From: the human T2T-CHM13v2.0 reference genome, Homo sapiens
Direction: 5' to 3' (one strand)
Assembly (NCBI RefSeq): GCF_009914755.1
Contig: NC_060938.1
DNA: 64,000 nt
How positions within the stretch are numbered: the first letter of the stretch is position 1; every line of letters begins with the position of its first letter. Position numbers and translations under genes: made by a program. Under the pieces are notes generated by a model, which worked only from the letters and a program-made list of their open reading frames with translations, was not told the origin of the DNA and ran no database searches. Shown here one piece after another: positions 15,880-27,982 of the stretch.

Positions 15880-18020
15880 ATTTATAGACACCAGGGTAAG
15901 GCTACATAGTTCCATTTTCAATGTTTCTATTTTAACATAGCAGTGAAGTACTTTGCAGAAGAATTAGTCAAGAAAATGCCCCTAAAAATGACATTCAAAT
16001 TGAGGGAAAAAAATTAAAATATTGCTGTTTGTAGGTGACATGATCTTGTATATAGAAAACCATAAACAGTACATCAAAAACTAACAAATGCCCTCAGAAA
16101 ATTAGAAATCTATAACATTAATATATAATTACCAGATATGATTCCATATGCTAACAACAAACCATCTGATAAAAAAGGAAGAAAACAATCTCATTTCCAA
16201 TAGAATTAAAATAATAAATTTCTGAAAAATAAATTTAACAAAGAAGGCAAAAGATCTTTACACTGAAACATATATTGATGAAAGAAATGGAAGAAGTCAC
16301 AAATAAATGCAAAAATATATCATGCTTATGAACTGGAAGAATAAATATTATAAAGTGCCATATGATTCAAAGTGATCTACATTTCAATGAACTCTCTATT
16401 AAAAATCCAGTGACATTTTTCACGGTTATGGAAATTACAATTCTAAAATTTACATGAAATTACAATAGGCTTTGAAAAACCAAAGCAATCTAGAGGAAAA
16501 GGGACAAAGCAACCAAATTTCATACTTTATGATTTCAAACTATATTTTAAGATTGTAGTAAAAAAACAAGATGATACATGCAAAATATGGACACAAGAAA
16601 CCTATGGAACAGACTAGAGCCCAGAAATAAACCCAGGCTTATAAAGTTTACTAATTTTTGACAAGTGCACCAAAAATACACAATGAACAAAGTATAGTCT
16701 TTTTAATATTTGTTCTGAAAAAAGAACCAGGCAAAAGAATAAAATTAGCTTATTTTTCTTACACCATGCTAAAAGTTAAATTACAGACTTAAATATGAAT
16801 CCTTAAAAAACCTGAAAAAAAATACATGGAAAACCCTCATGATATGGTCTTAACAATAATTTGTTAGACATAATACCAAAAGTACAGCAACAAAAGCAAA
16901 TATAAACAAGCTGGGCTGCATCAAACTAAAAACCTTCTGCACAGAAAAGGGAACAATAAAATAAAAAAAATTGTAGAATGGGAAAAATTATTTGCAAACC
17001 ATACATCTGATAAAAGATTGATATACAAAATATATAAGAAATGCAAGCAGATTAAAAGCAAAAACAACAGTAACCCAGTTCAAAATAGGCAAAAAACTAA
17101 ACTGATATTTGTCCAATGAAGACATACAAATGACCAACAGATAAGCCATAAAGTACTCAATATCACCAAATATCAGGCAACTGCAAATCAAAACCAAGAT
17201 GAGTATCATTTAAAACATGTTAGAATGGATAATGTAAAAAGAAGAAACATAACAAGTGTTGACAGCACTTTGAAGAAAAAAAATTCTGTACATTTTTGGA
17301 GAGTTATAAATTGATGGAGTCATTATAAAAACCAATAGAGGTTATTTGAAATACAGAACTACTACACAATCTAGCAATCCCACTTCTGTGTATATAACAA
17401 AAGGAAATGAAATAAGTAACTTGAAGACATATCTGTACCACCATATTTGTTGCAGCATTATTCACAATTGCCAAGATATAAAAAACCTAAATGTTTGTGG
17501 ATGCTGAATAAAGAAAAGCTGGCATAAATAAACAATAGAATATTATTTAGCCTGAAAAATAACAAAATCTTGCCATTTCAACAACGTGGGTAGAACTGGA
17601 ATACATTATGCCAAGGGAAATAAGCCAGACACAGCAAGAGAAATACTACACCTTCTCACTTATATGGGGAATCTAAGAAAGCTGAACTCACAGAAGCAGA
17701 GACTGCAATGGAAGTTGTCAGGGACTAGATATGGGAGAAAATGAAAAGATATTGAAAAGACACAAATTTTCTGTTATGAGTAAGTTTTTTGAATGTAACA
17801 TATAGCTTCATGATACAGTTAACACTAATTTTTTGTATGCTTAAAATTTGGTGTCAGCAGATCTTAGATGTTTTCATTACAATAAAGGTACCTATGTGAG
17901 GAAAGGTGATAGAAATGTTCATAAACAAGTTGTGCTAATCATTTACAATCTACACATGCAGTAAGTCATTACATTGTACACCATAAATATATAATTATAA
18001 AATTTTTATTTGTAAAAAAA
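15880..18020 (+). mobile_element. L1MA-type LINE-1 3' portion (reverse transcriptase to 3' UTR), degenerate
   Basis: 16022-16060 translates as LLFVGDMILYIEN, a decayed L1 RT LFADDMI motif. Later ORF2 motifs include tggaagaataaatatt, aaaaccttctgcacag and agcaatcccacttctg, followed by a 3' UTR. Confidence 0.85.
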
Positions 18021-18838
18021 TCCACAATACACACCTACATATATATACACACATATAAATTACAGTTCTGGTAAACTTTATCCTAAACAAGATAAAATTA
18101 TAAAATAGTAATTTAAAAAACAAGGGAAGAAGTGGGAGCTTAACATATGCTCAGTAATGTTCTAAGTTCCCTGACATAGTGAATTGAAGAAATGTAGGAA
18201 ATATATATGTTATATTACAGTTGAGAAATTAAGACAGAATTGAAATTACCAACCTCAGTTAGTACTAAAAGAATAAAAATTTCAATTCAAATAACATTAG
18301 ATATTCTTAAAGAGATCCTTAATATTCTGATTAAATTACCGAGTATGAATTTCTGTAGAAACTCATTTGAAACCTCCATAAAATAAGAAACTATAAAGCA
18401 GAAAACATACAACATATGTTTGCTGTATTTCTGGGATTTCTGAACCAAATCTCAATATCACTACTTTTACATATTTCAGACACAATGCAGAAAGAGAACT
18501 TAAAAATTGTTAAACACAGGGTTTCTAAAAAGTATACAGCTATTTGTATATCCCCAAAAGCAATAAAAGTAGTCAGATTGTGCACTCCTTTATAAGCCAT
18601 AAAGAGAATTTTGGCTCTCACTGCAAATCTGAAGAAAAATTATGGAAGAAAATGTAGAGTCATTAGAGAGCATGGGACAGAGGATGCCCCAATGTGAGAA
18701 CAAGTGAAAAAACCCAGGCTTTTCAGAAACGATTTCCACTGGAGCACAGCTTCCCACATCACATGTAAAAGTCCGGGTTCCTCTCGGTCTTTGGATGTCT
18801 CATCTATGTCATCCTCTTCTTCATTCGCTTTCACCTAC

Positions 18839-18913
18839 CTGGGTGCTTCATACTCCATGGCTTTTTCCTTTGCTCCAGACAGGTGACCAGGTCTGGCTTA
18901 GAGAAGACAATAC
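18839..18913 (-). pseudogene. KRAB-B exon (75 bp): GIVFSKPDLVTCLEQRKKPWSMKHP
   Basis: Acceptor aaaacag|GTATTG and donor CCCAG|gtaggt; SKPDL-TCLEQ-K-PW motif. Confidence 0.92.
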
Positions 18914-19336
18914 CTGTTTTATTTTAAAAAGCAGCATGAGCATGAATTTTCCTGGGATTCTCCATTTACCAACCTAATACTGTGCTAAGCAGAGAAAAGA
19001 GGACATAATAGAGGATTCTAGAAAATTAATTCCAAAATACTTTTTACTGACAGAACCTTTAGCATATTCAGAAAGTACATTAAATATCTGGGTCCTCTGT
19101 TTCACTCCCCAGTATTACTGAATCAAAAACTGGTGGTGGCAATTGAATTTTAAGTTGTGGACAACATTATTTTATGCCACTAAATTTCTGAAATTACCAC
19201 TTATCTAGAGTGAATATTATAGATAAGCTCAGGAAAGGGGAAAATTCAGGTCAAAATGAAACAACTTGAAGAATTTATTTTCCACACCAAAAAATCCTCA
19301 AGATTGTCTTGAAAACAGGGATCTGAAATTCACTCA

Positions 19337-19576
<240 letters not shown>

Positions 19577-20754
19577 TCAAGTGGCCATGGACAGAATTCT
19601 TAAATTGACTCAAGATAAAATGAGTGAAGAGAACTGATTCTGACTTATACGACTGAAATTGTCCTATAAAATAACTCACAACAAAATATATTCTGTTGTA
19701 TTCTCTATCTCTGAGAAAAGAGAGCATAAGATTCACAATACCAGTGTAGTGTATTGATGATATTTTTTGAATGATAAAGTACAAAATTAACAACAGGAAC
19801 ATAGACATGTACATTTTTGAGTGCTTGATTTAATCATACAGTATAAGTTCTGTATATTTCTCAGATGAAAAATTCAGGCTTAGTTATAAAGTACCTCTCA
19901 AATTTTAATGTGTACAACAATAAACTGGAGATCTTTTTATGCAGATTTTGTTTCAAGAAACCTGAGGTAAAACCTGAGTTTCTGAATTTCTAACAAGCTC
20001 CCAAGTGACACCAATCTTTCTGGTCCAAGATAAATATTTTGTCAAACATTCATTATGTGGCAGAGCCTGGGTTTTTATGACCAGTAAACAAAGATGAGAG
20101 ACTTCACTTTTTAAAGAAAGACATACGCAAAGAGAATCTAAGAAGAAAAGAGAACTTCCAGATTACATGTGATACTTTATGCACATCAGCTGGTAAATGT
20201 CCCCAAGGTACTCAATAATAAAGAGAAAAATAACTCTAGAGTGGAAAAAAATTCTCAGAGAACTATTTAACTAAGCGAATCAAATTAACACCAATTATAA
20301 CAGAACAAATTTTTCATCATGCGCTGATGCTCACAGAAGGACACAATATCACTGCTGTGATACTGGCCCCTGCGAAAGAAGCAAATTGTAATTCAAATCT
20401 AATCATAAAGAAACAAGTTTTATGCAAAATGCAAACTACAGTAATCACTCACATTGTGTAATCTCTAACAGAGTATTTACGCAGACTTTCTTTAGCATTC
20501 TAGAAAGCGAGTATCTCCTAATTATTTTTTTCAAAACTTTCTGAATTATTCTGGGTAATAAATGCCATCCCATTCAAATGTGCATATTTTAATCCTGTTC
20601 CGCATGGAGTTGATGGAGCACACAGACAGAGCTTCAACATTACATATTCCCCTTTTGCATGAATATCTAAGAACCCCACCTCTTCCCCAGTAGGAATCTT
20701 GGGTATCCATACCTTTCCATGTGCACCAGCACCAGCAATGAAGGGTATTTTTCT

Positions 20755-21098
<344 letters not shown>

Positions 21099-21914
21099 TA
21101 ATGGTGAGAATTCTGCATGACAGAGAAGAAGCCAAGATAAAGAGAATGTCAAGAAGGCTCTAGTATGTAGAAAAAAAGTTTTTTTCAGAGTTCCTTGACT
21201 ATCATGAGAAGAAAAAATGTTTAAACAAACTTATAGGGAGAAACAGCATAAAATCAAGAAGTACAGGTTTGTAAGTTCTAAACATATGGCATTCCAGGAG
21301 GCAGAGTGAACACTGCTCCCTATCTGAAGACACAGTCACCTGTGTCTTCACAGAAAAAAAAGCCATTTTTCTCTTCATCATCCTTCTCTAGAATTTCTTC
21401 TCAGGTGATATTCTCTGGACAAGTCACACCTGCATCTTGGGAATATGCCTTTAAAGGAATCAGCACAATCCCTTCACCTGCTACCACCACAAACACAGGT
21501 AGAAAGATCCAGGCATGCAGAAAATGTCCACCCATTTATGTTGTTTATAACAGGTGAGATTCAAGTACAGTGAGCTCCTCCATGAAGATCAAAATTTATC
21601 TTTCTCTTTTCCTGCCACAGATGCCACAATTTCTGCTACAGCAATGGGAATATGGGCCACACAAACTTGTCCCTACCAAATCCAACCATAGCAGGCTCTG
21701 TGATCTCCCTTTGGAGTAAAGTTTGAACTCAACTCTCATGAATGTATTTTGAATTCCTCATGTTTGACCCTGGCCTCAACCTGGAGGCACTTAATTATAT
21801 CAACAAGGATGCTTCCACACAGAACAATATACAGAGCCTGCGGGAAGGGCACAAGTGAAAAGATTTCTGCAACCTGGCCATGGAATCTTAATTAGAAGCC
21901 TGGGCCAAGAATCA

Positions 21915-22065
21915 CTTAGCTAAGCATTGCCTCTCAAGCTTCAATGTGCATATAAATCATTTGGTAACCCTGGCCCCACACTATGTAATGTGATTCTGCA
22001 GGTTTTAAAAGGGTCCATGAAAGTACATTTTAAATACATCTGTCAATGCTGATGTAGCTTCCCCA
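21915..22065. mobile_element. Possible MER5A-type DNA transposon remnant
   Basis: ctctcaagctt...tgtgcatataaatca...gattctg...cattttaaa...tgctgatg resembles MER5A; heavily diverged. Confidence 0.4.
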
Positions 22066-22287
22066 GACCCATCATTAGTAGCATTTAGCTAGAAAAATCA
22101 GGCATGGAACAGACTCTTACACTCATCACTCATCACAACACAAATACTTCTGATCAAATAAACAATCAATCTCTATCCTGAAAGACCACATTCTTTGCTA
22201 GCTTTTTAAAGTTTACAGAGACAGGAGAAGGCAGCAATGTCTGAGTAAGTCTGCACTGAAAAACAACATGTACACATATACTCATGC

Positions 22288-22397
22288 AATGCTTATTAAG
22301 TAGGTAATATGTGCTCAGGAGTGTGTTACAGAGCACTGTGCTGGGAACATCACATTATGTGATTTAATCTTCGTAACAACTTGAGAGTTGGGTACTA
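22288..22397 (-). mobile_element. MIR 3' fragment
   Basis: Reverse complement of the MIR tail (ttattaag...tatgtg...gcactgtgct...atttaatcttcgtaacaac...ggtact). Confidence 0.55.
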
Positions 22398-22469
22398 AGT
22401 GTTCAATAATTCTCAGACTTTAGATAAAGGGGCCAGCATTGTTTTCTTCTCCTCTTTATCTCTTGTTGA

Positions 22470-22769
22470 TTTTTTTTGGGGGGGGCACAGAGTGTCAACC
22501 TTGTTGCCCAGGCTGGAAGTGCAATGGTACGATCGATCTTTGCTCACTGCAACCTCCACCTCCTGGATTCAAGCAATTCTTCTGCCTCAGCCTCCCGAGT
22601 AGTTGGGATTACAGGCATGCACCATGACACTGAGCTAAGTCTGTATTTTTAGTAGAGACAGGGTTTCTCCATGTTGGTCAGGCTGGTCTTGAACTCCCAA
22701 CCTCAAGTGATCCGCACACCTCGGCCTCCCAAAGTGCTAGGATTACAGGCATGAGCCACAGAGCCCGGC
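22470..22769 (-). mobile_element. AluSp/Sq-like SINE
   Basis: Reverse Alu with cttgttgcccaggctgga and gtttctccatgttggtcagg. Confidence 0.9.
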
Positions 22770-24465
22770 CTCTCACTGGTTTTTTTTTTTTAAATGAATA
22801 GCATGAGAGATAAATATAGACAGATGGGAGGGATACAGAAACGAAAGGGTTAAGTGTAGTTCAGAGGGATTTTTTATTGTGTTTCTATTTACTTTCTTGT
22901 GACTTGTGGAGTAACTACTGGGATGGAATGTCTCTACAAGTACTGGTTTTAATTAAAAAGAGATAAGACCTCAAAATATATAGGTTATTGCTGTAATTCA
23001 TCTTCTTTTGGGTTTCAGAATATTGTGAGCATAAGCTCTAGAGAGGCAGCAGGAGCTACCTCCCAAATCTCTGGTCTCCTCTAATGAGTTCTGTGAGGAG
23101 AGACTCCAGGGTGGGACCAGATCTGAATGAGGCTCAGAAAAGGGTGAATCTGGACAGAGCTGGGGTGGAGAAGTGGTCCTATGTTGAATTATGATCTCTA
23201 TGGTGCTGGAGTACTTCTTGTTCTGTCTTTCCTAAGCCTGTCCAAGAGAAACTTAAGAGTTTGTATAATTTTAATCCATTTAGCCACTACTCTATTTTAT
23301 AACATATAATAACAAACAATTTAAGCAAAATTTTTAGGGCTTTCTAGGATAATTTTATTAGAAAATATGTATTCTTAGCAAGGTAAAAGCAATAGAAATA
23401 CAAATAACTCTCCTGTTTGATAATAGCTCTTCAGGTGGTGACATCAGAAGTCACAACAACATAAGAGCCATCACCCAAGTCCCCTTAATACCCCCACTTT
23501 ATTGTACTGACTATATGATGCTTAATTAGACCATTTATCCAGTTGCTCTAGACTGAAAGTTTTTGAATGACAAGGACCATGACTGCTTCATCTATTTTTC
23601 TAAAGGCCATATGAAATGGAGGCAATTTGTTTATCAGTCTGAGTCTCCAGAACTCCTGAATTTTTTGCCAAGGAAACTGGAGAAACTCTCATCCGGGTAC
23701 CAACCAAGGAGATTCTTTCTACAAAAGAAGGAACAGACATGAATGACTCACTTCCCTTCCTCTAACATGGAAGCAGAATTAGACACTCCTGCCAGCCTGA
23801 CCCAAGTCTGTACAGGATATCCTGAAATGTTTTAAAGATTCCCGGATGATTGTGAGAGGATTCCTAGTGACCATGGACTGATGACCCTATGATGATCCAG
23901 GCAGGAAAGACTCAAGCTGACTCTAAATAGAAAATGGAACTGCCCTGGTATAGCTCCAGAACCTGGATCTACATGTGATATCACCTGTTCTGATTAGCTA
24001 GCTCTTAGGTAAGAGAAAGGACAAGGATACTCTACTCCAGTATCACATTTTACAAATAGGTAAACTTATGTCATTGCTCTGGGTATTTTGTGGCTTTGAT
24101 CTCTCCCTGCTCACATGTATGTTTACACTTACAGATTGTGCAACCAGATTCTACTTACACCAGCAGCCTCTCACATAACCATAGCAGGTCACTGGAAAAT
24201 ATCTGGAAAGCTCAAAGGGATACACTCTGAAAGGAGGGCTTTAAGATTTCTATGCTGACATCTCACAGATCAGAAAATGTCTCCTATGGGTTTTCTGTAC
24301 ATTCTCAATCCAAAATCTGGCTCTCTCCTGTGAATCCCAGGGAGAGCTCAGCTCTTATGTGCAGATTACAGGTAAGATCATCCTGACTCTTCATTCTTTG
24401 GTGTTACAGCAAGAAGAGTAAAAACAAAAAAACTTCCATCATAAAGTCTGCTCTAGCACATGATA

Positions 24466-24910
24466 TGTCAGCCTAAAAAGAAAAGGCTAAGGCAACACTA
24501 GTTTAAGTAGAGAGTTTATTTGGGCCAAGCCTCAGGATTGAAATCTGGGAGCATAGATTCAAGTTGCCTTGAATCTACACTTTAATTAGCAGCAGTTACA
24601 AGTGGATTTACAAAGGCAAAAAAGAGGGACAGGGAGTGGACTGAAACAAAGTTGTTTGTCAGAAATTCTTCTTGATCTACAGAAATAGCATTGATGACTA
24701 ATTGGCCATATATTTTTAAGCTATAAGGTATTGCTTATAACATCCAGTGTGGCATTATTAGGTTAATTTATATCTACTTGTAGCAATAGCAGTTTCAAGA
24801 GGTAAAAAAGTAGCTCAAAGGAGGCAGTAGAACATAATTATGTTCTCATTTTTATGTCTCTCCGGGCCTGATAAAACTAAAAGGACTTGCACTCCGCAGA
24901 TCAAAGTTAT
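24466..24910. mobile_element. Probable ERV1-class solo LTR (MER93-like)
   Basis: agagagtttatttgggccaag...gggagcatagattcaagttgcc resembles ERV1 MER LTRs; family assignment from memory only. Confidence 0.45.
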
Positions 24911-26741
24911 TCTTTTTCCTCTAATCTCAAGACCGAGATTCAGAATTTGGTACTGGAGATTTAGGTCCTGGATGGGTGGAGAAATGGCAGGTGTTAACTA
25001 CACATTTATGGGAATTTTGGGAGGAGGAGAAAGAGGAACGTTGAGATACTCACGTTTACTCAATGCGCACATGTCACTCTAATTGTTCTTCTAGGCCTAA
25101 TAGTCTCCAACTCAGTTTCACGTCTGAAGACACTATGGTCACTGAAAGAGGTGAAATGGCTGATTACTGTCCTGTGAATTTTGTCAACCACTTGTAGAAA
25201 GGCTTCACCTCTCTACAAGTGGTTGTAGAGGACTATAGATGTGAAACAGGCAGAGACACAATTCTGCCTGCATACTCTGGGGTCAGTGTGCACTTTGAAG
25301 CATAACTGACTGGGTTGACTGGAAGAATGAGAGGGAAAGCCTTCTCTAAGGTGAAGCTTGGTGGGCACCTTATAAGTATATACAATGTCTGGTAATTGTG
25401 GACAGTGTTTGAGAAATATAATTAAAAGGAAAATTGTCTCCAGTCCTAGAAAAAACCCACAATAACAGAACAGAAAGAAAAGTGTTTTATTGCACAATAA
25501 AACCAGAATGTGATGTGACGTGAATCACAGACAATCTGCTCAAGAGATTGCAAAGACAGAAAGGTCTCTATAATTAGTCCTCAAGAAGAAGATTTGACAG
25601 CACCATTTGTCATACACAGTTTATCCTAAATTCATCTGGTAATAGGGGAGGCCATTTGTGTATGTTAATTGGTTATATTGAAAGGAAAAATAAACTTCTG
25701 ACATCTTCATGATAGGAGGTAGTTTTCCAACTTACAGCCAGGTGCCTGCTGAAAGTAGGCTCTGGTTCTTTTACAGACACTGTGAGATAGAATACTATTA
25801 TTTTGGCTATTTACATTTCAAAGCAAAGGGTCCCTAATCCCTAGGCCACGGGCTGCAGCAATCCTGCTCGCCCTGTCCTGGTGGCCTATGTCCCATCTCT
25901 TCCCCTACCATCTACCACCGAGGCGCAGCTCACAGCACACAGCTGGCAGCCCACATTCCACATGGACTCCAACTGCCACAGCTGCACTCCAGTGTCACAT
26001 TATGGAGCAGCGTCCCTGAACTGCAGGAGGAGAACCTGCAGGACTCCTGGGTAGGATTGCACTTTTGCAATAATGGAAATGGGAGCAATGTTTCAGCCTA
26101 AGTTTCTATTTATAATGGTGACAAAAAAATACTGCTGGATTCCCAGCATGGGTCTCGATAGAGTGCCAAAGAGTTCTCATTGTGACAGCCCAACTCACTC
26201 AGAAACACCATGAGACACTTTTGGGTGTCCCTTCTGAAGACAGACACTGAAAGCATTGAAGAGAAAAACAGCTCTCAGTCTGAATAAAATTGTATTACGA
26301 GGTTAAAAGCATCTGAAAGAGAAATTCAGACTACATATAATATTAGCCAAGTCGACCAGAAAATACTCCCCTGAGAAAGTTTCTCTCTAAATACCCAAAA
26401 TGCACAGCTGCTCTCAACACAAGAAACACAGTGTTATGAAGAAAGGGCGCATATTCTCAGCAGAATTTCTTAAGATTTCTCTTCCATCTCTTCTGCTCTC
26501 TCATCTTCTGGCCATTGGATTGAGGATCTACACTGGAACACATCAGGCAACCTTCGCTAGCACTTTTTGATAAAGAATTGGAATTTGACTCTGTTTACAT
26601 AGTAGAACTATATCTGAGATTGCAACTTATCTAACTGAAGACTATTATGATTCATGATTTTTGGGTAGTCACATCACTTGCATTGATTTGTTCTGTAAGA
26701 GTGGCATTCCTAATTTAGTAAAACATAAGAATAGACTGTAA

Positions 26742-27038
26742 GGCAGGACGTGGTGGCTCATGCCTGTAATCCCAGCACTTTGGGAGTCTGAGGCAAGCCG
26801 ATCACCTGGGTCGGGAGTTGAAGACCAGCCTGGCCAACACGGTGAAACCCCATCTCTACTAAAATACAAAAACTAGCCAGGCGTGGTGGCAGACACCTGT
26901 AATCCCAGCTACTTAGGGGTTGAGGCAAGAGAATCGCTTGAATCCAGGAGGCAGAGGTTGCAGTGAGCTGAGATCACGCCACTGCACTCCAGCCTAGGTG
27001 ACAGAGTCAGACTCCATCTCAAAAACAAAAACAAAAAA
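26742..27038 (+). mobile_element. AluS-like SINE in the BNIP3P 3' UTR
   Basis: Full dimer with A tail; approximate TSD aagaatagactgtaa/aagatagaatgtaa. Confidence 0.92.
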
Positions 27039-27075
27039 GATAGAATGTAAAATTTTGCTAACATATTACTAAATC

Positions 27076-27382
27076 TTTTTTTTTTTTTTTTTTTTTGGTT
27101 TTTGAGACAGAGTTTTGCTCTTGTTGCCCAGGCTGGAGTCCAATGGAGCAATCTCAGCTCACTGCAGCCTCCACCTCCAGGGTACAAGTGATTCTCCTGG
27201 CTTAGTCTCCTGAGTAGCTAGGATTACAGTCATGCACCACCAACCCTGGCTAATTGTGTGTGTGTGTGTTTTTTTAGTAGAGACGGGGTTTCTCCTTGTT
27301 GGTCAGGGTGGTCTCAAACTCCTGACCTCAGGTAATCCGCCCGCCTCTGCCTCCCAAAGTGCTGTGAGCCACCACGCCCAGC
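27076..27382 (-). mobile_element. AluSp-like SINE in the BNIP3P 3' UTR
   Basis: Poly-T plus reverse Alu with (TG)n in the linker; approximate TSD acatattactaaatct/acatattattatatct. Confidence 0.92.
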
Positions 27383-27732
27383 TGACATATTATTATATCT
27401 ATGGGATGAATTAATAAGCATGTCAGATTAATATCTACTGTAACAATTAGATAGTAAATTTTCTTTGGATATTAGACATAAATATCTAAGTATAAGTAAT
27501 TTCAATATACTAGTAATGACAAATTTTTAAAATTATCTGTAACCTTAACTCAGTTATAATACTTTATATTTCAAAAGAATAAATAACGATATTAAAATTA
27601 CTATTTAAGGGATTTATTCATAGTAAATATTGTGGCCTTATATTCACATAATTGTAGAAAATACTGTTTAATTTACATGGATGAATGTTGTCTACTAAAG
27701 ACTACATAAAACTATGTTAATTCTTTTTCGAA

Positions 27733-27910
27733 TTATTTTATTTTATTTTTTAAATTTATTATTATTATACTTTAAGTTTAAGGGTACATGTGCACAATAT
27801 GCAGCTTTGTTACATATGTATACATGTGCCATGTTGGTGTGCTGCACTCATTAACTCGTCATTTAGCATTAGGTATATCTCCTAATGTTATCCCTCCCCC
27901 ATCCCCACAC
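27733..27910 (-). mobile_element. Young L1PA (about PA3-PA5) 3' terminal fragment
   Basis: T-rich tail followed by ttattatactttaagttt-agggtacatgtgcacaa...cattaactcgtcatttagcattaggtatatctcctaatg-tatccctcccc, the reverse complement of the L1PA 3' end. Confidence 0.92.
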
Positions 27911-27911
27911 A

Positions 27912-27981
27912 CTGACCTCACATAGGATTCCAGAACACTGCTGGGTTCAGAGTATTTGTCCCTCACATAGGATTCCAGAAC
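27912..27981 (-). repeat. Inverted CER satellite segment (about 1.4 monomers)
   Basis: cctcacataggattccagaacactgctgggttcagagtatttgtccctcacataggattccagaac is the reverse complement of the downstream monomer. Confidence 0.93.
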
Positions 27982-27982
27982 T

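Larger units (their letters stand above)
25850..27722 (+). pseudogene. BNIP3P: BNIP3 processed pseudogene (CDS remnant 25992-26570 plus 3' UTR interrupted by two Alus)
   Basis: Intronless match to the BNIP3 mRNA. The N-terminal part reads LQEENLQDSWVGLHFCNNGN (parent MQEESLQGSWVELHFSNNGN). The C-terminus reads [34 protein letters not shown]...STF* (parent [34 protein letters not shown]...STF*). ATG is changed to GTG, with stops TAA 26338 and TAG 26344 and several indels. 3' UTR motifs ttcctaatttagtaaaa, aataagcatgtcaga and taaatattgtggccttata are present. The paralog number cannot be determined. Confidence 0.92.

Noticed and set aside
16022-16060. Functional reverse transcriptase
   Set aside because: The catalytic FADD motif has decayed to FVGD and there is no long ORF; this is an old L1 relic.
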